From contig JAUWOR010000005.1 in assembly GCA_030612025.1 (NCBI GenBank), forward strand, positions 48,605-112,604: a stretch of 64,000 bases of DNA, in the 5' to 3' direction. Shown one piece after another: positions 50,116 to 59,394 of this stretch. How positions within the stretch are numbered: the stretch's first letter is position 1; each line of letters begins with the position of its first letter. Source of the stretch: Dehalococcoidia bacterium (lineage in GTDB: Bacteria; Chloroflexota; Dehalococcoidia; GIF9; AB-539-J10). The notes under the pieces are model-generated. The model did not search any database. It worked only from the letters and a program-made list of their open reading frames with translations, and was not told the DNA's origin. The translations under genes and the position numbers were made by a program.

Positions 50116-50376
50116 CTATTTAGAAAGGACTCGTTGCAAACCTTTTAGCTGCTCCAAGTGCTTTTTAAGTCTCTGGATAAGCTGCTCAGCTTGTTTCAGA
50201 GCATTTTCAGTATCTTCTATCTCGGTAGTTATCTCGAACAGAACCTGCTTCTGCCGTTCAGATAAGTCAGCTTCAAAATAAGCTAAATCTTCCATCCCGG
50301 TTTGGCCCATTAGGCGGGATAAAAAGTCATCCTCTCTTTGTATTTGTTCATTAGTAAGTTGGCCAAAAGACTTCAA
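50116..50376 (-). CDS. Hypothetical coiled-coil protein
   Basis: 86-aa ORF co-oriented with rluD, SD-like AAAGGA upstream, heptad-like C-terminal half. Confidence 0.55.
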   Translation of the reverse strand: MKSFGQLTNEQIQREDDFLSRLMGQTGMEDLAYFEADLSERQKQVLFEITTEIEDTENALKQAEQLIQRLKKHLEQLKGLQRVLSK

Positions 50377-50425
50377 GTTATTAATTCCTTTCTAATTTAA
50401 TTTTGTGTTGGAATATAGCATATCC

Positions 50426-51385
50426 TTATATCTTTACACAAGCCTTTTGGGCATCGTGAGCAAAGAGCTTCAAGGCTTGCTTCAAGTCTGCTGGCAAGGG
50501 GCAGGTAAACTCCCGATATTCGTTAGTTGATGGCAGACGAAAGCCAAGGCGGTAGGCATGGATGAATTGCCTGCTAAGGCCTGAGGCTTTAGCCTCGAGC
50601 CTACGTTTTGTCCCATAAACGAGGTCACCAACTACGGGATAACCGATAGCTGATAGGTGCACTCTGATTTGGTGCGTGCGCCCAGTTCTGGGAGTGACTT
50701 CAAGTAAAGTGTAGCCATTCAGGTATTTTTTGACCTTATATTGTGTGCTGGCTTCCTTTCCTGCCTCTATTATTGCCATCCTCTGCCGATTGTGGGGATC
50801 TCGCCCGATAGGCGCTTCAATCACCCCCTGTTCAGGGGATAGCCTACCTTTAACCAGGACGAGGTAGCCTTTTGTTACGACATGACTTTTGAACTGGTTG
50901 ACTAGATATTGTCGGGCGTAGTCATTTTTGGCGATGATTATAAGCCCTGACGTGTCCTTATCCAGCCTGTGGATTATGCCAGGGCGTGTTAAGTCCTCAC
51001 TGGTAGCTAAACTGGGACAGCGGGCTAGGATGGCATTGACTAAGGTATGGCTGGGATGCCCTGGAGCTGGATGAACAACTAATCCAGCGGGTTTATCTAT
51101 GACCAGGATGTCCTTATCTTCATAAATTACGGCTAAGGGGATTGGCTCGGCTGTAGGATAAATGGGCGGAGGGGGTTTGATTGTTATCTTGTCGGTGTCT
51201 TTTAACCTTTGGCTTGGCTTTGCTTTTTGCTCGTTGACCATGATATGGCCTTGTGCAATTAGCTTCTGTATGTAAGACCGAGAAAATTTGGGGAGGGCCT
51301 CAGCTACATACTTGTCCAAACGGATGCCTGAAATAGGGGCGATAAGCTGGAGTGTCTCAGTTTTTGATTTTGCCGGTGTGGCCAT
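50426..51385 (-). CDS. rluD: RluA/RluD family pseudouridine synthase
   Basis: S4 domain, HRLDKDTSG, TGRTHQIRVH; follows lspA. Confidence 0.93.
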   Translation of the reverse strand: MATPAKSKTETLQLIAPISGIRLDKYVAEALPKFSRSYIQKLIAQGHIMVNEQKAKPSQRLKDTDKITIKPPPPIYPTAEPIPLAVIYEDKDILVIDKPAGLVVHPAPGHPSHTLVNAILARCPSLATSEDLTRPGIIHRLDKDTSGLIIIAKNDYARQYLVNQFKSHVVTKGYLVLVKGRLSPEQGVIEAPIGRDPHNRQRMAIIEAGKEASTQYKVKKYLNGYTLLEVTPRTGRTHQIRVHLSAIGYPVVGDLVYGTKRRLEAKASGLSRQFIHAYRLGFRLPSTNEYREFTCPLPADLKQALKLFAHDAQKACVKI

Positions 51386-51872
51386 AGACTTTCCTGAATA
51401 ACCCTGTTCGATGCAGGGAATAAATAAAGGTAAAGATGCCTATTACTATGGCGGCATCTGCGAAGTTGAAGGCTGGCCAGTGGAAATCGCCCCATAAGCG
51501 GATATCGATAAAGTCGATTACATAACCTAAGCGGAGGCGATCTATCAAGTTACCTATAGCACCGCCGAAAATCAAGCCAGCAGCCACAATGCTTAAAGTA
51601 GTAGCTGAGGGTAGGTGACGGAGAAGCAGCAAGATGATAATTAAGCTAGCTATGGTGATGGCGACGATAAGGACAGTCTGATTGGCGAGCAATCCAAAAA
51701 CAGCCCCCGTGTTGGTCACATATGTTAGTCGTAAAAAACCGCCTTCAGGTAGTGATTCTCCAGGCGTCAGATTACTTCTAATCCACGATTTACTCCACTG
51801 GTCGAAGGCAATCAATAGAGCGGCAGCGATTAGAGATAATCCTGCCTGCTTCTTACCTTGCTCCTTTTGCAT
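51357..51872 (-). CDS. lspA: Lipoprotein signal peptidase
   Basis: DQWSK, NTGAVFG, GAIGNLIDR, VIDFI, FNFAD. Confidence 0.96.
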   Translation of the reverse strand: MQKEQGKKQAGLSLIAAALLIAFDQWSKSWIRSNLTPGESLPEGGFLRLTYVTNTGAVFGLLANQTVLIVAITIASLIIILLLLRHLPSATTLSIVAAGLIFGGAIGNLIDRLRLGYVIDFIDIRLWGDFHWPAFNFADAAIVIGIFTFIYSLHRTGLFRKVYGHTGKIKN

Positions 51873-52221
51873 CCTTTGCCTGATGTGTCTTGCAGCTCAA
51901 GCATAAGTTTGCCTGGGGCAATGCTTCGAGGCGAGTTAGTTCTATCGGCTGCCCACAGGAGTCACATAGTCCGTAAGTGCCGGTTTCATATTTTTCTAAG
52001 GCGTGTTCTATTTCAGCAAGTGTGCCTCTTAGCTTTTTCTCTAGAGCTAATCTTTTCTCTAGCTCGAACGCCTCGCTCGCCTCCTCTTCTCTTTTGCCAA
52101 AAGGGCTACCCTCTCGCCTTTCCCCCGGTGGCTGTCTGCGAGCTCTTAGCTGCTCCAGTCTTTCGGCTATTTGTTTTTCCCCCTTCTTTAAGCACTCGTA
52201 GAACTCACTATAGTTAACCAT
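51853..52221 (-). CDS. TraR/DksA C4 zinc-finger protein
   Basis: GTYGLCDSCG.PI...RLEALP...LCLSC. Confidence 0.92.
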   Translation of the reverse strand: MVNYSEFYECLKKGEKQIAERLEQLRARRQPPGERREGSPFGKREEEASEAFELEKRLALEKKLRGTLAEIEHALEKYETGTYGLCDSCGQPIELTRLEALPQANLCLSCKTHQAKDAKGAR

Positions 52222-52339
52222 TTCATTAACCTTGCCTTTATTTGCCTAACCAAAGCTATTTTAACCTATGCTGAGTTTCAAAGCAAACTAGTCAAGTATT
52301 ATTACGGAGCTGAGAATGATGCCTAGTGCTTCCCCGCCT

Positions 52340-54232
52340 TCATACTTCACGAAATTCACCTTCCACTGTGCCTTCTTCGCCTGGTTTCTTACTACCGGGG
52401 CCTGACTCGTCAGCGGGTGGTGGCTGCCCTGGCTGCTGGTAAATGGAGGCTCCAACTTTTTGCATGGCTTGTGATAGCTCTTGCATAGCATTACGGATAG
52501 AATTTACATCCTTTCCTGGCAGCGTTGACTTCACATTAGCTATCTTACTTTCTATTTCCTGTTTTACATCGGCAGGTATCTTGTCTCCATAATCACGAAG
52601 TGTCTTCTCAGCAGTGTAAGCTAAACTATCAGCAGAATTGCGTATCTCCACCTCTTCTTTGCGTTTGGCATCCTCAGCAGCAAAACTTTCAGCCTCTCGT
52701 TTCATCTTTTCTATTTCTTCTTTGCTAAGCCCGCTAGAGGCAGTAATGGTAATTTTTTGTTCTTTACCTGTGCCTTTATCGCGAGCGCTGACATTGAGGA
52801 TGCCATTGGCATCTATATCAAAGGTTACCTCAATCTGAGGTAGGCCCCGTGGTGCTGGCAAGATGCCATCGAGTATGAAGCGTCCCAAAGTTCGGTTGTC
52901 CACCGCCATAGGCCGCTCCCCCTGAAGAATATGTATTTCCACGCTTGGCTGATTATCACTAGCGGTGCTGAAAATCTGGCTCTTGGAGGTGGGAATAGTG
53001 GTGTTGCGAGGAATAAGAGATGTGGCTACTCCTCCCAGGGTCTCTATACCTAGGGTAAGCGGAGTAACATCAAGGAGGAGAACCTCTGCCACTTCACCCT
53101 TAAGCACTCCAGCCTGAATAGCGGCGCCTAAAGCTACTGCCTCATCAGGATTGATTCCTTTTACAGGCTCTCTGCCAAAGAATTGCCTTAAACTTTCCTG
53201 AACCTTGGGCATCCTTGTCTGCCCCCCGACTAGAATGACCTCATTGATTTGAGCCGCTGTGAGCTTGGCATCGCTCAAAGCTTGGCGGCAGGGTCCAATG
53301 CTCCTCTCTATCAGGTCATCTGATAATTGCTCCAACTTAGCGCGAGTTAACATCATGCTAAGGTGCTTTGGGCCAGTGGTGTCGGCGGTGATGAAAGGAA
53401 GACTTATCTCTGTTTGAGCCACTGTGGATAGCTCCTTCTTTGCCTTTTCGGCAGCATCCTTTAGCCGCTGTAATGCCATCCTGTCTTGCCTTAAGTCAAT
53501 GCCTTGCTCTTTCTTAAATTCGTCACATACCCAATCCATAATCTTTTGGTCAATGTCATCACCACCAAGGTGGGTATCACCATTAGTTGATTTAACTTGG
53601 AATGTGCCCTCGCCTATATCAAGGATGGAGATATCGAAGGTGCCGCCACCAAGGTCATAGACAGCAATAGTTTCATCCTTTTTCTTGTCCATTCCGTAGG
53701 CTAGGGATGATGCTGTAGGCTCATTGATGATACGCAAAACGTTAAGTCCAGCTATTTCACCAGCAGTTTTAGTTGCCTGTCTCTGGCTATCATTAAAATG
53801 AGCTGGCACCGTTATCACAGCATCGGTGACTTTTTCTCCCAGATAAGCCTCAGCATCTGCCTTCAATTTCTGTAATATCATAGCCGAGAGTTCTTGAGGG
53901 CTATACTCCTTATCACCCATTACCACTCGACAATCGCCATTGGGGGCTTCAGTGATTTTGTAAGGCAGTCGCTTTATATCATACTGAACCGTGGGATCTT
54001 TAAACTTGCGCCCAATAAGGCGCTTTATGCTAAAGATAGTATTCTCAGGATTGACTACTGCTTGACGCTTGGCTATTTCCCCTACCAACCTCTCACCCGT
54101 CTTGCTTATAGCTACTACTGAAGGCACAAGGTTTCCACCTTCAGCGCTGGGTATAATTTTGGGGTCGCCTCCCTCCATAACTGCTACAACGCTTAAGGTA
54201 GTACCCAAATCAATGCCTACTGCTCTAGCCAT
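52340..54232 (-). CDS. dnaK: Chaperone DnaK
   Basis: [29 protein letters not shown]. Confidence 0.98.
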   Translation of the reverse strand: MARAVGIDLGTTLSVVAVMEGGDPKIIPSAEGGNLVPSVVAISKTGERLVGEIAKRQAVVNPENTIFSIKRLIGRKFKDPTVQYDIKRLPYKITEAPNGDCRVVMGDKEYSPQELSAMILQKLKADAEAYLGEKVTDAVITVPAHFNDSQRQATKTAGEIAGLNVLRIINEPTASSLAYGMDKKKDETIAVYDLGGGTFDISILDIGEGTFQVKSTNGDTHLGGDDIDQKIMDWVCDEFKKEQGIDLRQDRMALQRLKDAAEKAKKELSTVAQTEISLPFITADTTGPKHLSMMLTRAKLEQLSDDLIERSIGPCRQALSDAKLTAAQINEVILVGGQTRMPKVQESLRQFFGREPVKGINPDEAVALGAAIQAGVLKGEVAEVLLLDVTPLTLGIETLGGVATSLIPRNTTIPTSKSQIFSTASDNQPSVEIHILQGERPMAVDNRTLGRFILDGILPAPRGLPQIEVTFDIDANGILNVSARDKGTGKEQKITITASSGLSKEEIEKMKREAESFAAEDAKRKEEVEIRNSADSLAYTAEKTLRDYGDKIPADVKQEIESKIANVKSTLPGKDVNSIRNAMQELSQAMQKVGASIYQQPGQPPPADESGPGSKKPGEEGTVEGEFREV

Positions 54233-54234
54233 AT

Positions 54235-54798
54235 CTATTCCTCCTTTTGCCCTTCCTGTTCTATTTTCCCCTTTCCTTTGCCCTTGCCCACTACCACCAG
54301 GCTGGGCCGGATTAGCTTATTTTTCAACTTATAACCCTTCTGGATTTCCTCGATAACTACCCCCTCTTCTCCTTCCTGTCGCATTACTGCTTCATGGAGA
54401 TAGGGATCGAATGGCTCTCCCTTAGCCTTAATTTCAGCTAACCCTTGTGCTTCTAGGGTCGCCTTAAGCTTATTATAGATGAGCTTGATGCCATCAATCC
54501 AACTGAATCCGGTAAGCTGAGCTGGCAATGAGTCAAAAGCCCTTTCCAAATCGTCTATTATAGTTAGCAAGTTTAGGATGAGTGTGCTATTGGCAAATTC
54601 GACCGTCTCTATTTTTTCCTGCTCAGCACGTTTCTTATAGTTAATAAAATCTGCTTGAGTCCTTTGCCAGTTAGCTAAATACTTCTCTGACCTCTCCCTT
54701 TCCTCTGTTAAAGCTTGCTTCAGCGCTTCTATATCCTCTACTTGCTCAACTCCTGTTTCGGTTGGCTTATTGTTGGACGATTCCTCCCTTTCTGCCAA
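54235..54798 (-). CDS. grpE: Nucleotide exchange factor GrpE
   Basis: [22 protein letters not shown]....LIRP..V.V. Confidence 0.96.
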   Translation of the reverse strand: MAEREESSNNKPTETGVEQVEDIEALKQALTEERERSEKYLANWQRTQADFINYKKRAEQEKIETVEFANSTLILNLLTIIDDLERAFDSLPAQLTGFSWIDGIKLIYNKLKATLEAQGLAEIKAKGEPFDPYLHEAVMRQEGEEGVVIEEIQKGYKLKNKLIRPSLVVVGKGKGKGKIEQEGQKEE

Positions 54799-54811
54799 TG
54801 TTAAACCTCCT

Positions 54812-55828
54812 TTAGATATACTCCGCTACCGATTCAGTTAACAATGATGAAAGGCAGTTAACCGAAGAGATTGCTCTAGCATAGTCCATTCGCTTTGGGC
54901 CAACCACACCAACAATGCCCCTTGCCTTATCAGGAATTCCATATTCACCAATTATCAAGCTCAAGTCTTGCAGTGCTTCATCTGGATTTTCCTTGCCAAT
55001 GATTATTTTTAACTCTCTTTTATCGAGTTCTGGGCGAGGTATATTTTCCAGCCAAGCTCCTTCTTCTAGTAATTCTAGTAAGCTAACCATTCTAGGATTC
55101 TGGGCGAACTCGGGCTGACTTAGCATTAAATGTAATCCCTCGAGGAAAGGCTTACCATGTTCCAGCTTATCTTCAGTAGTCATCATATCCACTACACACG
55201 CAGTTACTTGCCTTTCCTCAGGAGAGAGTTCTGTTTTCTTCGCCAATATTTCACTACTAGACATCCCGGCATAAACTGAGTTGAGCTTGCCAGTTAACAT
55301 TGTTAAGTCATCTTGGGTAATCCTCTTATTGAAAGACAGAATTTTTTGCCTGACCCTTGCCTCATATAGAACCAAAATTAGCAAAGCTACAAGATCTTGC
55401 AAGGCTATTAAATCTAGGTGCTTAAAGCGGCATCGGGGTGCCTTGGGCAGGGTTATCACAGCTACATTGTGAACGAAATGTGCCAAAAGCACCGCGGCCA
55501 GTTTTAGCCATTGCTCGATCTCCTCTTTTGCTTCTCGGAGTAGCTCGTAAAGCAGATCTTGCTCTATTGGAGGAAGCTTGGCATCTCGGCTTATCGTTTC
55601 TACATAATAGCGGTAAGCTTTGTCTGCGGGTATAGTGCCAGCCGAGGGGTGAGGACGTATGACATATTCCTGTTCCTCTAAGTATGCTACATCATTTCGC
55701 ACGGTAGCTGGGCTTACTTTCAAGTTATAATTATAAGCAATATCCTTTGAAGCTATGGGCATTGCTCCAGCAATATACTCATTAACTATTATCTTCAAAA
55801 TCGCCTCTTTTCTTTCTCCCAGCGCCAT
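54812..55828 (-). CDS. hrcA: Heat-inducible repressor HrcA
   Basis: SPATVRND..LE, PH.SAG.IP.DKAYRYYV, GVVGPKRMDY. Confidence 0.96.
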   Translation of the reverse strand: MALGERKEAILKIIVNEYIAGAMPIASKDIAYNYNLKVSPATVRNDVAYLEEQEYVIRPHPSAGTIPADKAYRYYVETISRDAKLPPIEQDLLYELLREAKEEIEQWLKLAAVLLAHFVHNVAVITLPKAPRCRFKHLDLIALQDLVALLILVLYEARVRQKILSFNKRITQDDLTMLTGKLNSVYAGMSSSEILAKKTELSPEERQVTACVVDMMTTEDKLEHGKPFLEGLHLMLSQPEFAQNPRMVSLLELLEEGAWLENIPRPELDKRELKIIIGKENPDEALQDLSLIIGEYGIPDKARGIVGVVGPKRMDYARAISSVNCLSSLLTESVAEYI

Positions 55829-55855
55829 TTAGCACTCTCCTTCTGTGACTGCTAA
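55829..55855. promoter_or_regulatory. CIRCE operator overlapping the hrcA ribosome-binding site
   Basis: TTAGCACTC-N9-GACTGCTAA, one mismatch to the consensus TTAGCACTC-N9-GAGTGCTAA. Confidence 0.93.
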
Positions 55856-55863
55856 GCAATGGA

Positions 55864-55892
55864 AATGTACCACTTTAAATATGCTCTGTCAA
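55864..55892 (-). promoter_or_regulatory. Sigma70-type promoter of hrcA-grpE-dnaK
   Basis: TTGACA-17 bp-TACATT on the minus strand. Confidence 0.8.
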
Positions 55893-55964
55893 CGACGCTA
55901 GAATATCTTTTTGTCAGCTCTTTTATTGACCGACGATGAGGTGAAGTAGTATTATGGCATAAAC

Positions 55965-56483
55965 ATGAAAGTGGAAGCTATGTCTTGCATCGCACAGCAT
56001 GATAGGGAAGTAGCTCAAATTTTAGAGTCGGAGGCAAAGAGGCAGGCAAGCACTGTAGACCTCGTTGCCTCGGAAAATCATGCTGACTGCGCCATACTTG
56101 AAGCTCAAGGTTGCCTCATGATGACAAATATACTGAGGGGTATCCTGGGCATCGTTATTACGGTAGTTGCGCCTATATAGACACAGTTGAAAATTTAGCT
56201 ATTGAGAGGGCCAAGAAGCTATTTAAAGCTGAGCACGCTAATGTCCACCCCCATAGTGGCAGTCAGGTTAACTTGGCTGCTTATTTAGCTCTATTAGAAC
56301 ATGGGGATGTTGTCATGGGCATGAGTCTCAGCTATAGTGGACATCTTACCCACGGCGCAAGGTTAGCTTCTCAGGAAAGTGGTATAGGTTCATTCCTTTC
56401 TTGGTGATAAACGTGTTGAGAGGCAAGTTCGTGCAGAAGTAAAAGAAATGTGCCAGCATTTCCCCATACCTAGGATGGCATAA
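55965..56483 (+). pseudogene. glyA: Serine hydroxymethyltransferase pseudogene
   Basis: LVASEN in one frame, [13 protein letters not shown]...NVHPHSGSQ...GHLTHG in another (frameshift near 56125), followed directly by the C-terminal VRAEVKEMCQHFP; most of the gene is missing. Confidence 0.88.
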
Positions 56484-56563
56484 GGCATCTCTTTCTCCGC
56501 AAGTCTAGCCTTTTATTTTAATATAGCTGGCCTTACTATATTATCTCTCGGATAGAGCTGAAT

Positions 56564-57808
56564 ATGGCTAGTAAATCAAACATAGGGATTTTCTACGGCT
56601 GGGTAATAGTAGCTGCTGGCTGCCTAATTTTATTGGTGGAGTGGGGCTGTCACTATTCCTATGGCGTCTTTTTCACAGAGTTATGTGCAGATTTTGGTTG
56701 GACAAGAGCAATGGTCTCTGGAGCTTATTCTTTAGGTTTTCTTTGGCATGGCATTATCTACTTTGTGGCTGGTAGCTTGAATGACAAATATGGCCCCAGG
56801 CTCCCCCTTGCGATTTCTGCTGTTATCATGGGTCTGGGTTATGCCTTGATGTCTGTCATAAAAGCACCCTGGCAGCTTTATATATTCTACGGGATCGTAA
56901 TAGGTACTGGGGTGGGCTTTGGTTATATGCCGGTAACCTCAACGGTATCCCGCTGGTTTGTGAAAAGAAGAGGGACTGCATTGGGAATCACCATGGCTGG
57001 AATAGGAATAGGGACATTAGTGCTGGCACCTTTTGCCCAATTTCTTATCACCAAATTTGACTGGCGTGCCTCTTACCTGATTTTAGCTGGTCTTGTTGTG
57101 GTCGTAGTTCTTCCAGTTTCCAGATTAATGAGGCTTAATCCGTCAGAAAAGGGGCTCCTCCCTTATGGCAGGGAGGAAATCGCTACAGAAAATGAGCAGC
57201 GTGGTAATTCCCTATCTAGTGAGATTAGTTTCTCCCTTAAGCAAGCGACCAAAACGAGTCAATTCTGGTTGTTGTCTGTGATGTATGCCTCTTATCCTTT
57301 CGCTGTTCAGATGGTGATGGTTCACCTGAAAGCATATGCCGTCGATTTTGGTATTGCAGAGATGACTGCTGTTGCTGCTTTAGGTCTTATAGGTGCTGGT
57401 AACATTACAGGCAGGATAGTGACAGGTAGTCTCTCAGACAAAATTGGAAGGAAGGCATGCTTCTTCGTCGCTTACCTTTTGATGGCGGTGATGATGCTGT
57501 GGTTGATAAAAGCGAGGCAGCCATGGCAGTTTTATCTCTTCTCAATTGCTTTTGGCTTTGGCCATGGCAGCTTAGTCCCCTTGTTCCCGGCGGTGATTGG
57601 TGATTGGTTTGGAACGAAATCTCATGGGAGTATTTTTGGGATGTTGGGGGTAGCACTTGGTATTGGTGGGGCGATTGCTCCATTATTAGCTGGCTATATT
57701 TATGACACCAGGGGAAGCTACAGTATTGCCATTATCATAGGGGTGATAGTACTCTTTATAGCATTGGGTTGCTCATTTGCAATTAAGGCGCCCCAGCGTC
57801 TGAAGTAA
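56564..57808 (+). CDS. MFS transporter (OFA/MCT-like)
   Basis: YGWVIV, G.LNDKYGPR, SRWFVKRRG.ALG, G.LSDKIGR; many hydrophobic segments. Confidence 0.92.
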   Translation: MASKSNIGIFYGWVIVAAGCLILLVEWGCHYSYGVFFTELCADFGWTRAMVSGAYSLGFLWHGIIYFVAGSLNDKYGPRLPLAISAVIMGLGYALMSVIKAPWQLYIFYGIVIGTGVGFGYMPVTSTVSRWFVKRRGTALGITMAGIGIGTLVLAPFAQFLITKFDWRASYLILAGLVVVVVLPVSRLMRLNPSEKGLLPYGREEIATENEQRGNSLSSEISFSLKQATKTSQFWLLSVMYASYPFAVQMVMVHLKAYAVDFGIAEMTAVAALGLIGAGNITGRIVTGSLSDKIGRKACFFVAYLLMAVMMLWLIKARQPWQFYLFSIAFGFGHGSLVPLFPAVIGDWFGTKSHGSIFGMLGVALGIGGAIAPLLAGYIYDTRGSYSIAIIIGVIVLFIALGCSFAIKAPQRLK

Positions 57809-57919
57809 TGCTCCCTCTTAATCTCCTTACCCTCAAAATACTGTTAATTATTAAGAAATAGAAGCGGCTTCATGCTATAATTAATTTAGCATTTTTGTAT
57901 TTGGAGGGAGCTAATAACA

Positions 57920-58858
57920 ATGGATGAACTCAAAGTTTTCACCGGCAATGCCTACCCTGCTTTAGCAAAGTCTGTATGCGATTATTTAGGTATACCTCTA
58001 GGCGAAGTTGATGTTTTTGAATTTTCTAATGAGAATATCTTTGTTCGCATCCTGGAGAATGTCCGCCAGCGAGATGTTTTCGTGATTCAGCCCATTTGCT
58101 CCCCGGTTAATAAAAGCTTGATTGAGCTTCTTATTATGCTTGATGCCTTCAGGCGGGCTTCAGCAGGGCGAATTACCGCTGTCATTCCCTACTATGGCTA
58201 TGGTCGCACTGATAAGAAAGACCAGCCTCGAGTGCCTATTACCGCTCGCTTGATTGCTGATTTGATTACTACCGCTGGAGCTAATAGACTGCTCACGATG
58301 GATCTCCATGCCCCTCAAATTCAGGGTTTCTTCACCATACCGGTTGATGAGCTAACCACCTTGTCTATTCTTAACCAATACTTCAAGGAAAAAGCTTTGG
58401 ATAATTTAGTGGTAGTAGCTACTGATATTGGCATCTCCAAGCGTGCCCGCGATATGGCTGCTAACCTTGGAGCCCCTCTGGCTATCATTGAAAAGAGACG
58501 CTTGGGAAATACTGGAGCTACTGAAACCCTTAATGTGATTGGTGAGGTTCAAGGAATGCGTGCCTTGACTGTGGATGATGAGATTGACACTGCTGCCTCT
58601 TTAGTTGGTGCGGTAAATACTCTTTTGGAGTATGGCGCCAGCGAAGTTTATGCTTGCTGTACTCACCCTGTCTTCTCAGGCCCTGCTATTCAGAGAATAG
58701 CCTCCTGCCCAGTAAAGGAGGTAGTAGTTACCGATACTATACCGGTTGCTGGAAGTAAAAAATTGGACAAAATTACCGTCTTGCCTATAGCTCCGCTTCT
58801 TGGTGAAGCTATCCACCGTATTCACACTGGCTTGTCTATCGGTGCTATGTTTGAGTAA
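57920..58858 (+). CDS. prs: Ribose-phosphate pyrophosphokinase
   Basis: IPYYGYGRTDKK, DLHAPQIQGFF, VDDEIDT, THPVFS. Confidence 0.97.
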   Translation: MDELKVFTGNAYPALAKSVCDYLGIPLGEVDVFEFSNENIFVRILENVRQRDVFVIQPICSPVNKSLIELLIMLDAFRRASAGRITAVIPYYGYGRTDKKDQPRVPITARLIADLITTAGANRLLTMDLHAPQIQGFFTIPVDELTTLSILNQYFKEKALDNLVVVATDIGISKRARDMAANLGAPLAIIEKRRLGNTGATETLNVIGEVQGMRALTVDDEIDTAASLVGAVNTLLEYGASEVYACCTHPVFSGPAIQRIASCPVKEVVVTDTIPVAGSKKLDKITVLPIAPLLGEAIHRIHTGLSIGAMFE

Positions 58859-58881
58859 GCTCGCGAGAAGGAGTTTCTGAA

Positions 58882-59373
58882 ATGGAACAAAAACAGGATA
58901 CTAATCAACCCGGGGATGAAATGACGGCTTACAATATATTGGTACGGCGACATATAAATGATGACCGATTAATGGGAGAGAGAAGTTTTGCATTCCTTGC
59001 AGGTAGTTCAATCCTGTTTTTAGGCTTCGTTATGCTAGTTCAGTTTTTTCAAAGTTCTCGAATACTTTGTATCATTATACCTATACTTGGATTTGGGTTA
59101 TGTTTACTTGCGTTTTGTTCTAATAGGCGTACTGGCATAGGTCTAGATTTTTGGGAGGAGCATGAGAAAAAGCTAGAAAAGGGAGGCTGTAGCTTTGCTT
59201 ACATGAGGGAGAAACAGATGGTTCCTCACTTGGTTTATCAATCTGTGGAAAAAGCAAAGATGGGGTGGTTGCTTAAGAGAATGAGGAATAGAATAATATA
59301 CGCTTATTGTATACCAGCAATCTTTTTAATCCTATGGGTAGGATCACTCATCTGGGTGTTGAGTCTAAACTAG
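58882..59373 (+). CDS. Hypothetical membrane protein (3 predicted TM)
   Basis: Two adjacent hydrophobic helices plus a C-terminal helix; SD AAGGAG. Confidence 0.65.
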   Translation: MEQKQDTNQPGDEMTAYNILVRRHINDDRLMGERSFAFLAGSSILFLGFVMLVQFFQSSRILCIIIPILGFGLCLLAFCSNRRTGIGLDFWEEHEKKLEKGGCSFAYMREKQMVPHLVYQSVEKAKMGWLLKRMRNRIIYAYCIPAIFLILWVGSLIWVLSLN

Positions 59374-59394
59374 TTCAGGGAAAGTGGGTGACCA

